From: Kudoa neothunni
Taxonomy: Eukaryota > Animalia > Cnidaria
DNA: 64,000 nt
Assembly (NCBI GenBank): GCA_964304625.1
Contig: OZ199840.1
Span: forward strand, 10,689,844-10,753,843
Direction: 5' to 3'
Shown here: one piece after another, positions 25,714-39,899 of the stretch
Position numbering within the stretch: position 1 is the stretch's first letter
Layout of the letters: every line of letters starts with the position of its first letter
Notes under the pieces: generated by a model
Databases searched by the model: none
What the model saw: the letters and a program-made list of their open reading frames with translations, nothing else
Told to the model about the DNA's origin: nothing
Program-made: the position numbers and the translations under genes

Positions 25714-28700
25714 TCAAATTGGCGGAAGAAGGTTTACTTTCATTCGTAGAGACTCGACAAGTTCATCCAACGATCGGACCAACTTAATTGAATCCTCTAA
25801 AATAGGATCTTCCTTGACTTTGTTCCTAATTTCTAACACTTCGCAGCCTTGATCGAGTATTCCTGCAACGAATAAAAACATCGTAAAACCCCCATAAATA
25901 CCTTCAAATGTTCGGTCTAAAATCATGCTGGACAGTTTGATAACAAGTCTGGTCTATTCGATTAAAATTGTGTATATTATCAAACAGTTAATCATAATGA
26001 AATTCAAACTTTATCGATTTTCAGTTTTTGTGCCATATAATCCAACTACAATAAATCAAGTATTAAACATTAAATCAGACGAGCGTACGCCAATAGCAGA
26101 ATAAGGTTTGATGAGTGTCAATATGCTTTTCTCGAAGAGATTTTCTATAAGATCCACCAAATGGTCCTAATAATGCCATTCTATCAGACTTAAGTTCGAC
26201 ACAAGCACAACACACTTTTATAATAACATCATTGTATAGATATTTTCTATTTTCGCTGATTATCTATTGGTAATTGTTAGTAATCATTAAAAATAATAAT
26301 GAGTAGTTATGGTTGGAGCCAATAAAAATTTATCAATTATGATGCCGCGCACGCGATGTTCATTTTGTACGCTACCTGAAACATAGTTTCAATCTAAGAA
26401 AGTAGCTGTTATCGGTTATTTAATCATTCACTTATTTGATCATTTAATCATTAATTAGTCGTTACTAATATTGACTACATTTAATTATTTCTAACCTCTA
26501 AGAATAAAGTGTCCGATTAGAAATAATTAAATCTAAATAGAGCTTTGCTAATAAAGTTTTTACGATTAAAATTTCTAACGCACATGCGTACTATATTGTA
26601 GGATTAAATTGATACTACATGAAGACGACTACTTTCTAATCTGAATCCAACTAACAAGGTTTGATTAATTATAGTTGAATTAAAAAAAGAACAGATAACA
26701 ATTAACTACATTTTATAACTAATAAGTTACAATTAAACAATTCACATGGGATTAAATTTAAGCGACAAAACAAAAGAAATTCTATTGACTCTTATATTCA
26801 AATTACCTTGTTCAAATCAGTAAGACACCCATTTTTGTATGCGACTGCAATCTGCTCGACAATTCGTAAGTTTTCGTCCACAAAAGGTGCAGTATTCTTG
26901 TGCACCATAAGATGGGACACGTCTCCCGGCCTGTAGTAGTAGTAGTGGTAGAACGTTATTTAAATTTCGAACAACAGCGAGATATTATCCAATACTTGTT
27001 CAGCATAATTTTACACAGCAACGTGTACTTGAGAGCTTTAGATGTTTTAGGACTCTCTATAGTTCGATACAACTACAAAAAATTGTGTAATGTTGTCAAA
27101 CACAACCGATTACATCAAAAGCTTCATAGAAATAAGAATAGGCTGTGGTGAAGTCTCTTTCCTTCGCGTGGATCGTAGCACTTTGCATATCCATGTCAGC
27201 CTACACATAGAATCAATGAAACTAAAATTGCGTGGCGTTATATGTGTTTATGTAATTTTTAAAACACTTTTTAATTCCAATGCGCATTAAAAAATAATTA
27301 AACTTTATTGTTTTCTTATATGAATATCAAACACTAAATTTCAATACTAATCTTGACTTATAACGTTACGAGTCATTGTTAATATTTGTATACATTTGAC
27401 AAGTGAACGAGAGGTTTCAAGCTATAAACTATAGAAATGATCCATTAAATAATTGAATATTTCTATTATCAAAAAATTCAAATATCTTAAGAATATTTGA
27501 ATTACATTTCATTATGTCGTAACAATAGATTATTAGAGTCATATTTATAAAGAATAGATAATCTTTTATAATTGATAATATCCATAATTTGGCGTGTCCA
27601 TTCAAATTTTCGTGCTATTCATTCGACCGTGTAAAGTAATTAAATCTCACAGAAAGTAAATTCAAAAAAATCTTAGATTAATATAATCACACGATAGCAA
27701 CATTCTGTTGAATATTTTGAATAGCTCTAATACTTTTATTGAAGTTTTATGAAAAAACTTAAATCTCATAATTGACAATATTGTATTGCTATTGACTACA
27801 ATGGTTACAATGGTTATTATGATTATTGTGATCACAATGACGTGGATTTATTGAGCGTTTAAAAGTTGAAATATAACACTAATAGCGCATGATTATATAA
27901 TTATATTAATCGTGGGAAGAATTATTCATTGATTTGTTAGGTGACAGAAACCATAATTAATGTACCTGCAACTTTTGATTAACGCAGAGAGACGCAGCAG
28001 CTATCCGAGCTGAAGTGAGTGATGCCCTACAAAAACATGTTCAGCTCACCATAGCAACGGCACCACTACTTAGATTTGACAGTGTTTCCCATGGCGTAAT
28101 ACAATCTCGATTCGAGCAATAAAATCTCGACCATCTGCTTCTTGTTGTCGTAGATCTTCATGTCGTTCACAATCCTATTCACTACACAATTTGAAGGATG
28201 ATAAGTTGTGACAGCAATAACTCCAACGTCCTACCGATTGGGACACATTTATCATAATTTCCCTCCTCATAGTATAGCTCAGCTAATCGAACCTATTTAA
28301 TAAGCCGATTCCAACATGCAACACAAACACACCAATGAGGTTCATACACGAAGAGTGTGTGCTAAAAAAGTGCCTTTCGCTTGTTCAGCCCACTCCACAC
28401 ACTCACAACACAACTCAATCTACACAAAATTCATCTCTCACACACACCACCAACTCTCTAACATAACGCTTACAGCGGGTTGTTTGTCCATATCAGTCTC
28501 AAGAACCAAATTAAGCAAATCTTGAACCAGCCTTGATGCTCTCGATTTAGATAATGAAACAATATGATTTTTTAAGATGGGAATCAATTCCAATAAATCT
28601 AAAACTATAAAGTGTTGTTTGAGGGGAGGCGAATTTACTCTCTTTTTGATTTTTAGCCGAAAACACATACGCTAAATTAAAAATTGCACTTTCTCTAGAG

Positions 28701-28908
28701 CTCATGTCTTCTTTGTTGTTGGTATTGATGGTTTTTTTGGCTGTCATTAAATGGAATAAATCAATGAATTCAATAGAGAATATGTTGGGATAACTTATCC
28801 ATTTTATTTACCCGTTTCCTTCATTTTCTCAATATCACTGTCAGTGACTTTTTCAACATTTTTAAAGACTGAAACTGTGTTTCCACTGGCTCCCAAATCA
28901 ATATGCAT
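25714..28908 (-). CDS. PSMD11: 26S proteasome lid subunit RPN6, about 15 exons
   Basis: Spliced frame: SLSKSRASRLVQDLL, IELCVECVEWAEQAKGTFL, MVEILLLESRLYYAMGN, ADMDMQSATIHAKERDFTTAYSYFYEAF, ALKYTLLCKIMLN and KLSSMILDRTFEGILDQG. All 14 introns are GT-AG. Confidence 0.92.
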
Positions 28909-29567
28909 CGTCGATAATTTTCTGTTGCGCAGCGCATAATACTTGACATAAGTCATGTGATCATGTTGATTTTTGTCTTTGAGAATTATTCTGTTCTATT
29001 CTATTTGAGTACAACAAATTTCCATATGATTTAGTTTATTATCAATATTTGATGAGGGTGAATCAGAAAATTATAATATTGAATTATTAATTTTTTTTTA
29101 ATTTTTTTCCAAATTCTAATATGGTCTCCGTATTGTGTAACTTTATGGAGGTTAGGAAAGCTACACAGTGTAACGCAATGTTATATTTACTTCTAAGGCG
29201 GTCGACATGAGAACCGGTCATGGCTCGGTACTCACATGAAATTTTTAAAATTAACCTGATTTGTTTTAAATAGGTCATTCAAAAATCCTTTTCGTTACGT
29301 TAAAGTTATTTTATTGATACATTGATGAATCATTAGGATTTGACTCTCGGATGACGGAACCCAAAAAACTTACACGTATACCAGTGTGCCAGTGTGCCGG
29401 TATGCCGAAAGAGGGTCCCTAAGGTACCCCGGAGATTTTTAAATTTAATTCGCTCATTTGGATAAAAAATTTGTTTCCTGTGATTATTACTTAATCAAAA
29501 ATAAAAATTACCGCCAAAATATAAAAATATTTAACCAGCCAGGAAAAAAATACAAGAAATTCGTAAC

Positions 29568-30213
29568 TACAGCAGACAACCGATAATACACACCCAATAT
29601 GCGTGCGCGGATAATTTTATTTTGCATTTTCTTTATGTCCAGTATGGATATTACAACTTTTATTTGAATACAATAACGAAAAAACATTAGTAAGATTATT
29701 AAGATTATCTGGCCGAAAAATAATTTGCAATTTTTATTCTAATCATATTTATTGATAAAATATTTATATCCTTTTATACTGGGATAAAATTGAATGAATG
29801 GTCAGTTATAAAAAATTAAAAATATTATTTTATGTCTTATTCACCTTTTATCGAAATATAAAAAAAATTTTTACGTTTTTATCCTAAAATCTTTATTAAT
29901 GTGCATTTATAACAATCTTTAATCGGCTATTAGCGTTGCATTTTCATAAAATTTATTCTATTTTCATTTCGTTCAAAAATTCTTCAATTGGTTCCAATAA
30001 AAACAATTTAATCTACTAGGTTTGGCCGGAAAAAGTGCGTATTATAAGTTAGTCACGTGATCAAACAGATTGGAAATTTCCAAGTTTAATTCCAAAATAT
30101 TTTTAAGACTTTTATCTTGTTACAATAACAAAAATATTATAAAACGTTTCACCCAATATAAACTTGGACTACGTGGTATCGATGAAAGTGCGTATTATCG
30201 GTTGCATACTGTA
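29568..30213. mobile_element. Tc1/mariner-pogo type MITE, copy 1
   Basis: TIRs CAGCAGACAACCGATAATACAC and GTGCGTATTATCGGTTGCATACTG, each flanked by TA. Collinear similarity to 48232-48920. Confidence 0.85.
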
Positions 30214-31062
30214 TCACTTTGAAGAAAAAAAAACGAAAATAGAAAAGAAATTCCTCAAAAATATAGGTTTTACTTGTATAAAACTATATTAATTAATTTT
30301 TAGAAAACTCAAGGTTGATTTTCGAGTGAATTTGTCACCTGAAAGGAACAACCAACAAACCCGCTACAAAAAAGATATCGTTAATCTGATTTCGCGATCG
30401 TGGTATTAAATCATAACAATATTTCCTTCCCTTAAAACTACTAACTTTTCTGGTATAATTTTTATTCTATGGTAAAAATCTTGACTGATATAGAAAGAAA
30501 ACCCAGTTTGGAACAAAATTAATATACTACAAAGAGTGCTAGTGTCCCAGAATAATCTACAAGCTTGTAGGATTCTTCCGATAGAAAATAAAATCAGAAC
30601 TTAGTCATACTCTTATTCATGTAAAAAATAATTATTAATCATTAATTTTTAGTTCAAATTAAATAATAAATATAAGAGATTCATCGGCCTTTAAACACTA
30701 AATACTATTGGTTAGGTTTTGAGAAAGTAGTCTATTATTTTACATCTTTAAGAAAAAAAGTTGTTTGTTAGTTTAGTTTAAAGTTCATTCGATATCAAAA
30801 GATTTCATGTAAAATTATAGAGTAAATACAAAGGTAACGATAGAAATTTCGAAAGATAAAATACCCCCATACGTCCTGTATGGGTTAAATAAATTCGCCA
30901 AAAAATCAATATATAAATAATTTTTTTAAATTGAACGCATTAAAAATTAATAATGATGATATCGTTTGGTTAACATTTTAGGACCAATTTTGATTATTTT
31001 TGAAAAAATTTGTATGATTAAAGATGTGTTTAACCTACCTCGCGCCTCAAAATCGATTATAC

Positions 31063-31181
31063 CAGGAGTGGCCAAACCATGGCTCGCGAGCCTTATGTAA
31101 CTCCGGAAGTTATGATGTGGCCCTTGAAAATCCGGTCGACCTTAAAGTTGGCTCCGACCTGGGCAAGTATCGCCAACCCTG
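31063..31181. mobile_element. 119-bp hAT (Buster-like) MITE
   Basis: Ends CAGGAGTGGCCAA...TCGCCAACCCTG, flanked by near-identical 8-bp direct repeats GATTATAC/GACTATAC with central TA. Confidence 0.7.
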
Positions 31182-31899
31182 GACTATACACTTGGTGATT
31201 TTGGAATAGAATTGACCCCAGGCTTTTATTGCATTTAACGACGCAATAAATAACTGTGTAACCATACTTTAAATTAATGAAAAATTTGTCGACAAATTTC
31301 TGTCGTATTTTCACCGATATTTACATTGTGAGTATACAAAATAGTTCGAATTCGTGTGAATTTGTTGGCGCGACATGTATTTATGTCGACTTGGAATTTA
31401 TTGTAACGAATTACTGAGATAAACAAATTTTTAGCATGTAAAAATGGTTAAAGTTTTGTTTCCTAAAAATATTGATAAATTAAGTTCATCCATAATGTGA
31501 GTAACAAATTAGGTTCCTACAGTTGGTAACCACTTTTGCGTAATCCCCTCAGGGGTAGGGAAAAAGTAAAAATAATTAATTAACCATCTATATCCAGTTT
31601 AGCGCACATATGGACAATATGAATTTTTTTATATCGTCCATGGATATAATTCAGATCATAAACATTCTTCTCGCAAAACACATCCAAATCCCAATCATTA
31701 TTATCAGATCCATCCGAACTTGACTTTCCATAATTAAAATGACAACAAATATTTTAGTATTATTTAATATAAAAAACTTCTGGATTCAGTTTCACCTAAA
31801 ATCGCTCGGAAGGTTAAGTAATTATGTACAATGTACATCATTGTTTGCGCGCGAAAGTAATTGTGTAAAACTGTGAGTTAAAAATTAGCCACATTTATT

Positions 31900-32495
31900 C
31901 TGAGGCCCTGATAATATCATTTAAGACTAATTAACTATTTTTGAATCAATCGATACTTTTTTTAGTTTATATATTTTTTTGTCAATCTGTTATAATGTTG
32001 CATGCTTCCACAATAGTTACTGATTTTCCTTGAAATTGCTTATTAATTTGATTGATATGATTAAATATATCTGAAAGGTATGTTAAGCGAGCGATAAACT
32101 CAGGATCAGCCAAGTCCTCACAAATGTCTGAATCGCGCTCGCCAAGAAAAGTTTCTAATTAAGTACGTAGCTCAACAACACAGTTTAACCGTTCCCCCCA
32201 GGGCCATCTTAATTCAGTATGAAGTAAAAGAACGGTATGTTTAGAGCCTATATCCTCATAAAAAGCTTTAAAAAAAGTGGTGATTAGACAACTTTGTTCA
32301 TAACCAATTTTAGGTTTTTGGGGAGGGTTCTTGAAGCTAAAGCATATCTGTGAACAACGCAAAGTGTTGTTATCACATTTGGTGCTTGTTGTTTAATAAT
32401 CGAGATAAAAACTTAAAAATTATTTAGATACCTTAGATATTATGGAAAATTTGTATGTCGGTCAATGCATGGCGGGTCGTAGGTTGCCCACCCTG
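31900..32495 (-). mobile_element. hAT Buster/ZBED5-like transposase remnant
   Basis: Minus-strand peptides HTVLLLHTELRWPWG and RLTYLSDIFNHINQINKQFQG (compare LLHTEVRWLSRG and LAYLSDIF..LN..LQG). Terminal CAGGGTGGGCAACCT at 32495. Confidence 0.75.
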
Positions 32496-35400
32496 AAATA
32501 TACCATAAATGTGGAGCCTGATGGTATATTAACCAGACGTTATTTTAGATTTCAGTGTAATTTAATTTTATCCGGAAATTAAAACAAAAAGTTGTTCCAG
32601 ATTGCGGTTACTGAAATATCGGTTAATTGGAGTTTCTTTATCTAGAATATACGTCAATTTCAAATAAATTTTAAACAATCCTATATGAAACATTCAAAAA
32701 ATCACCTTATCTTTCAAATTTCGCTCATATATCATTAAATATTCATCAGGGCAAAGAGAGTCAAATATGAATAGATAAATTGCTGTATTAAATAACTTTA
32801 TTTAAACATTTACACTAAAATTTAATGACTTTACCTGAAATCCATTTTCATTAACAAAATTTTTGTAAGAATTTATAATGAAACTTTCCACCTAGAAATA
32901 CATGATACTTGATAAATAAAATATATTATTTCTAAAGTTATTTTAATTTAGTCCATAAGATTAAAAGTGATAGTGAATTATACATCAAATATATAAGTGT
33001 GATTTTGAATGAAAGGAGATTGTGCTAATCATTGTTTATTTATTGGCAACATTTAACAATGCATACGAAAACAGTGATTTAATGATATAACTGTTAATCC
33101 ACTAAGAATATAGTTATTAATCGCAAAAAAAACTTAAAAGGGTGCAGATATAATAAATCTTTTAACTATCTAACATATTTATAAAATTGACATCGTTTCC
33201 GACATCACCTACCAACAGATTATCACAGAATAAAGAATAAAATTTGGAATTTTATTTATCTCCGGAACGCAATACTCCAATTGTAAATATATCCAAATCT
33301 TATTTTCTTGTTAATATTTATAGCTGTCATTGTTAAAATAATCAAAATAAATTGGAAGTTTCTGCCAAGCTTCTTCGTTACAGAAGCTTAGGATTATTCA
33401 AAATATGGGTTTAAGGGACTTCACTCAAATCTAAAGTGATAATGATAATTTGAGAAATTGGAATGAAATACAATTATACTCATTGTATTTTTATTATGTT
33501 AAAAATTTTCGTTAATGGTAATATATATAAATATATATATAGCTTTAGTAAATGGAAATACTATCTGTTTTTAATAAATTATTAGCCAATTATATATCCA
33601 ATATTTTACCTACAGGTCACATCATTTAGAAAACACAATGAATTAAACTTCACATTTTTGTTACCGAAAAATTGACGAAACATCCATATAATCTGTTAAA
33701 TGAAATAAAGTTTTAGTTGTGTGATGTGTAGTTGTTATTTTAGCTCATTGAGAATATTTGAAACCAAAATTGCTATATCAGTCGAAAGCATGACCCCACA
33801 ATCGAGATCCTTGCATAGTGATTCTAACTAAATAAATCGCAATCAGTCGCACATCCATAATATTAAGTATACGTATCTTATTTTTTTGATTAAGCATTCA
33901 TTTCTGTGTTTGGCTCTTTGAATTCGTTTCTCAAATATTTCGTTAGCTTGGTTGATTCTTCTAGTGGTATCGTTGCGACCTGTTTTTCCCTGCTTTCATT
34001 CCAGGATTGACTTGTAACTGGTGTTTAGCAAACTTAAACTCCAAGATCATCCCTTCCTAAGAAGACCATACCTACGTAATGTTTAAATGGTTACGAAAAT
34101 CCAAATTCTAGCATTTTAAAATCCTTTCTATCTCATTATTATATATTTTTGATTTTGGAGTTGTTTTGTCCAATTTTATGAGTGGAAAACATTTTTTATA
34201 AATAAACCTCTGTGACGAACTTGAGTATATTGTTTTATGTCATCAAATAAAAATGTTAAATTCTTTAGATCTGTTTTAGTTTGTAACAAATTTTAATAAT
34301 ATACATTGTGAATTTTTATTTTATATCCTATTAAAAAAATCACTCACTGTTGTCAAGAATTAACACCTCTCTCAATTTGATGTATTTATGAGTGTAATTT
34401 TAGCAGCTATTTACACTCTGATTTTTATCTATAATAAATTAACCTGATTTAAGGAACACATAAGGAGTAAGTGTATTCGCAAAAATCAGATTCTATATTA
34501 AGATTAATTTAAATTATCATCTAATCCTATTAATCGTTTGATTTAAATACTTATTTGAAAGGATTTTTTCACCCGTCAACCATTTCAAATCTCATTAACA
34601 GCATTTTAGAATCCTCCTACAAATAACTTTCTATTTTATTATCTCCATCACATAATAATTAAAGATTGTCATGATTATTCTATTTTTTAACAAAAGATCA
34701 TCTTTGTTATTCATGTATACTCGGAACACAAACAATTATTTAACGAGGAGAAAAATAATTTTTGTGATAATTCGAGTGTGAAAATAATTTTTCGATCTGC
34801 TCCATAAGTTTTGATTCATACGAAGATTATTAGATGTTATTCTTTTGAATCTACATAAGATAGTTTTATTGCTTATAATTATGTAATAAAATAATTGTAC
34901 TGATGTCTACCATTGAACATTTAACCAATAATTTGCATATTTTATTAAATTTTCCAATGATTTTTCTGAAAAATAAAAATTCTATTAACTTTACAAATTT
35001 ATACAAATGGTTTTATTAACACGAATAAATTTAATGAAAATTATCGTAAACTTTCCAGCTTCGCCCAGGATATGTAATATTTCGTATTAAAAAATTTCTC
35101 AAACCCATTAATAAAATATATATTAATAACTTGAATTAATTAATAGAAAGAATTAAACTAAAACAATTATTAAAAAAGGGTCGTCTTACTAATAATTGTG
35201 AGCATTAAAAATAAAGTTGAGGTCATAAAAAATATTAAAATTTATATAGTTAGTTGAAAACTTGCGACAATTAATTATTATTTCTCAAATTGATATCCCT
35301 TTATCGGGCATAAACTCTTATACTCTATTTCCTACCAGCAGCCATGCATCCTTTTGAAATTCTTTTAAACAATCAGAAAAAGTAAAATTATGTATCTGTT

Positions 35401-36691
35401 GAATTTTATTTTAGTTGTTATGCGCACAAACTACAAGAATTTGGGGGATATAACCCTTTGGATGTAATTTAGTTATAGTAGATAACTATTTTAGTGTAAT
35501 GCTTTCACGTATGGCGGGAAAATACGTAAAGCTAACCACTTTTACGTACTTTGATCCGTGCATACACAATATGAATTTTTTTATATCGTCCTTTGAATGT
35601 AATCTAGGCAATACAAATTAATTTAAACAACCAAATTTTATATAGAGAATGTGTCTTTATTACTCTACGATATTATAAAACTTTTTGTGAAATTTAGAGT
35701 ATTTAATATTATTTTCTGTTCACTTAACCTTTTCCATAATTGCATGAGACGTTGAAAATTTTAATTTTACATCGTGTTATTTTTGTGTGAAAAAAGTTTA
35801 ATCATTAATTTGATAGTTATAATCAGCAGAATATTCTCTTCACAGTTATTTCGGCTTTCCACCTAAAAATGATAATTGTATCAAGGGGTAGCCTTGTAAT
35901 AAAAATTCATTTCCTTTACATTGTACCTTTTATATTTTTAAGAACCAATATTAAGGTTAAATGTTGAGGCATACTTCCTCTTGATTAATTTAGCTTATTT
36001 CATATGAACGTTAGTTATTATTTTCTTAAGTCACTTTATCAGATCCGGTCATGATCATAAGGAAGTTGTCCCTAAAAATATTTTCAACAATTAGATTACT
36101 TATACCGATTTGGATAATTAATATTCCAATTTCTTATATAATTCCTCCTTATATTTTAAAATTTCATTACACATACTAATTTATGACATGTTAAATTGCA
36201 GTATAGAGCAGTTTTGGTCCTCAACAAATAATTTTACCATTTTAAGTTATTATTTCATATGAAACATTATACACATTTATTTATTTAATTTTGTCAACCA
36301 TTAAGAATAAACACACATACAAGCGATATCTATTAAAAAACTACGTAAAATAGACTAATCACGTGATTTTTACATTGGACTATTTTTTATATTACTTTAA
36401 TTCTGAATGACTAAAAATTCACTAAGTACTCTCAAATAAATGCAACAATACTTCTCACTCAATATATATATATATATATAACGTATGTGGTAATATTAGA
36501 AAACTGATTAATATTGAATAGTAACTGTATTATTGACAAGAATTATATTTAAAATATTTGTATAAAATTTTATCCGAAATATAATTATTAAAATTTCTTT
36601 TAATAATTTATAAAAAAACAGAAATTTATGGCGCACGCAGCATCAGTTACAAAGATCCCTTCTGAGGGTTTGTGATTGATTGGTTGTGCTA

Positions 36692-37904
36692 ATGATCGTG
36701 TGGCTGTTGTTGGTTTCACACATTCAAATAGTACAACAGGTTGAATTCCTAGCCATTGGCGCCGGTGTAGCGACGATAGCAAGTAAAAAGCCGCTGGTTG
36801 TTTAATCGAACTTCTGAGTGGGTGGAAACTTTAGGTCTCGGAAAAATACCTTATTGCATATATAATGAATGCTGTAACGATAAATGGATCAATAAGACAG
36901 TGGATTTAAAGGATTTATCGGCTTATATTTACGGACAAGATCACATTCTAAAATTAGCTCACAATTCTATTCAGCGGCATGTAACCAACCAATATCCAAC
37001 CAAACCGTTGGTAATTGTATTGAGTGGGCCGCCAGGCACCGGGAAAAATTATTTTTCCGAACTTGTTGCTAAGCGACTTTTCTATCGTGGAACTCTCAGC
37101 AAGTGAGACTCTCCTATTATGTTTATAGATTGATTGGTGCGACTATCTGTAAATATGGCGATTAGATACGTGAAAATAGTTATTGGAACGCAACATTTTA
37201 TCAGAGAACGAACCAAAGAAGAATATCAGAAAATGCTCGCTGCCACAATTAAAAATGTGGTTAGCAAATGCCCAAAAAGGACATTATTTATTTTCGATGA
37301 GATAGATAAATTTCCTGAAGGTGTTACCGACATATTGAAACCATATTTTGATCGTTACGAGAAAATAGATGGCATTGATTTTAGGTAGGTTATTGTTTGC
37401 TATGGGAAAGAACAATTTATTGATTTAGACATTCAATTTTTATGCTCATCGGTAACAAGGGACAAAATGAGATCAGCCAATTTGTGTATAAAAATTTTCA
37501 AAATGGTATCGATCGTTCCCAAATACCACAATACCAACTTGAACACATTGTCAAATCGGTTATCTACTACAATCCATCTAACACCACTGATTTAGGTGGG
37601 ATTTTTTCCGTGCATTCTAACATTTTACTCGCTATATATAGGTATGTATCATAGTAGACTCATTGAAAATAGCTTGATTGACATATTTTTACCTTTTTAT
37701 CCTCTGGAAAGACGTCATTTGTTGAGATGTATCGAGTGGGAATTATCCCAACTCAAACTATCTCAAGCACATATCTCAATTGATTTGGAGGAATGCGCTG
37801 GAAAAATTATGAGATACATTGAATTTTATCCTGAAGACAATCCTATTTTTTCATTAGATGGATGTAAAAAAATAAATTTTCTCACAAATACTTTCTGTTA
37901 CTAA
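36692..37904 (+). CDS. TOR1: Torsin-family ER AAA+ ATPase, 5 exons
   Basis: Signal-like MIVWLLLVSH, then VEFLAIGAGVA, YCIYNECC, IYGQDH, Walker A GPPGTGKN, Walker B LFIFDEIDK, LIDIFLPFYPLERRHLLRCI and the torsin sensor-II GCK motif. Four GT-AG introns keep the frame open. Confidence 0.9.
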
Positions 37905-38245
37905 TATATATTTCAACTTGTACAGCGTTCGAATTATTGTTTCTATTCTCCATATCTGTTATCTTTATATCTATCTATCTATCTATGTATGTATCTATGT
38001 ATATGGAGACATATAAATATCAATATATTTAATCTATAGACTATTTTAATGTGTAATAATATTGTGTTTTGATTTTCGTCTTCGTTTCTCGCAATAAATA
38101 TCACTTTGGGTTGAAATAAGGTGTCATATATGTCACTGTGGGGATTTGAATAGAGAAAAGAGGTTGCTATTGAGTGTCTGTTTACTATTGTTGAATTTGA
38201 TTGGAAACGTTTCCTTTGTGAGCGAAAGTTGCATCAACCTAACTA

Positions 38246-39134
38246 ATGCTGTATCGTTTTAGTATTTTTCTTGTGATATTTTTTATTTTTCACCTCAGCA
38301 ATGGTGCTAAATGTATCGAGGAACCCGAAGATAAAGGTAATCATTTGTATTCATTTATGTGGCTGAGTTTGTGTTTTTATTAAAGACAATATACGTAATC
38401 TGGTCACATCTCTTATTAAAACTGGTATTCATCAGTCTGTGCTAAAATCAACCTACAAAATACGAGAGAAACTTAAGAATGCCCTCTCGTTTGTAGAGTC
38501 AGCCATTGAACATGCTTTAAATTGCACCAATTGTATTGATAACTTTCTTGGAGTTGGAGATAAAAACAAGGGAAAGGAAGAAATATGCGAGGGCGAAGAT
38601 TGCGAAAAGGACATCGATAACATAAGAGAAGATGTTGCAGATCTTCCGGTTTTGTCCAGAATTGTTTCCATCCGAAATTTGACTAAAGAAAATAAACCAA
38701 AGTCTAAACATCAGAAAAAACCAAAGAAACACCACCTGAAAAGTGTTAAACCAAAGAAAGAAAACGATGTACCACCCCCAAATCAACCTCAGACAAATAG
38801 GACCCCTCCACCAGCCAGCACAGCCGCACCTATGTCACCTCAAAATGTTCCTCCTACCCTGGATAGTTATGCTGGATCTGATGGTCAGTGTCTTCCTCCT
38901 TGTTCGCCCGTTTGTGCACCTAAATGTAGTTATCAATGTTGCCAAACCAATACTCTCCCATCTACCCAACCTCAAAATATGATGAACCCAACCATGGGCA
39001 GTCAAAATACTTGTCCTCCTAGTTGTATGAATCAGTGTTCGAGTTTTTGCCCGCAACAATGCTGCAGGTCGAAAATTCGTCTTCCACCAAAAAGTCCCTT
39101 CCATGCCAGTAGAACAATGATAGATCATCCTTAA
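38246..39134 (+). CDS. Secreted protein with two minicollagen-type cysteine-rich domains, 2 exons
   Basis: Exon 1 from ATG 38246 encodes a signal peptide MLYRFSIFLVIFFIFHLSNG. Intron 38337-38385 joins the 38439 ORF in frame. Two exact CxxxCxxxCxxxCxxxCC motifs (CLPPCSPVCAPKCSYQCC, CPPSCMNQCSSFCPQQCC) follow Lys-rich and Pro-rich segments. Confidence 0.8.
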
Positions 39135-39899
39135 GAACATTCAAAATCTGTGTTTCAAAATACTGTTTGTGACTGTTGGATTGGTTTAGTTTATTTACTA
39201 TCTATAAGATTGAATTTTTCCGTCTGTTTTGATAATACTTATTAATGTTAATTAATTTTGCATATTTTAGCTGTTTTTCTACTTCTACTAAACAATTCAG
39301 TTGTTTCATTCTTATTTAATATATTTATTTTTAGTTTATAAGTTTTTTTGTCTAAAGTTGGAATTTTAAATAAACACCTCAGTTTGAAATTAATTTATTC
39401 TAGTCACAATTATCGTTTCTTAAAAATATACATGATTTTAAATGCTCGAAAAACAAAAAGTAAAATTTTAAATAATATTAATTATTCGAATGACTTAATA
39501 GAGCATGTATTTTTGGCATGAATAAATAAATATACACTGGATCTTTGTGGTAATGGATTATCAGTTGTAATAAATCATTTGGGATATCAAAATAAACGAT
39601 CAAATAAATTACTTATATTAATCTTGCATCGTTATAATTAAAGAGACATTTTAAATGTTAAATTATGCGACAATTAAAGCCACATTTCGCATAGCGAACT
39701 TGAGTATGTCTTCCACACATTGTATAGCTAGCTTTCTTTGATTTAACTCCTGGAAATTCTCGATATTAGGTGTTATCCAATAAGACAATTTTTTATACTC
39801 GCAGTTGTTATATTTTACAAATGAAAGCCACATGTAATTTTAGATAGGCCGCATGTTGTGATTGTTTTAAACCCATTATTTGTGTGTTGCTGAGCATGC

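Noticed and set aside
29190-29240. tRNA-like word TCTAAGGCGGTCGACATGAGAACCGG
   Set aside because: No T-arm/B-box or acceptor stem, so it cannot be folded as a tRNA.
38760-39070. Calling the CRD gene a minicollagen
   Set aside because: No Gly-X-Y repeats between or beside the CRDs.
38453-39140. Antisense and alternate-frame ORFs over the CRD gene (likewise over PPP1R21, eIF5A and G-alpha)
   Set aside because: Shadow ORFs of real coding sequence with no independent motifs.
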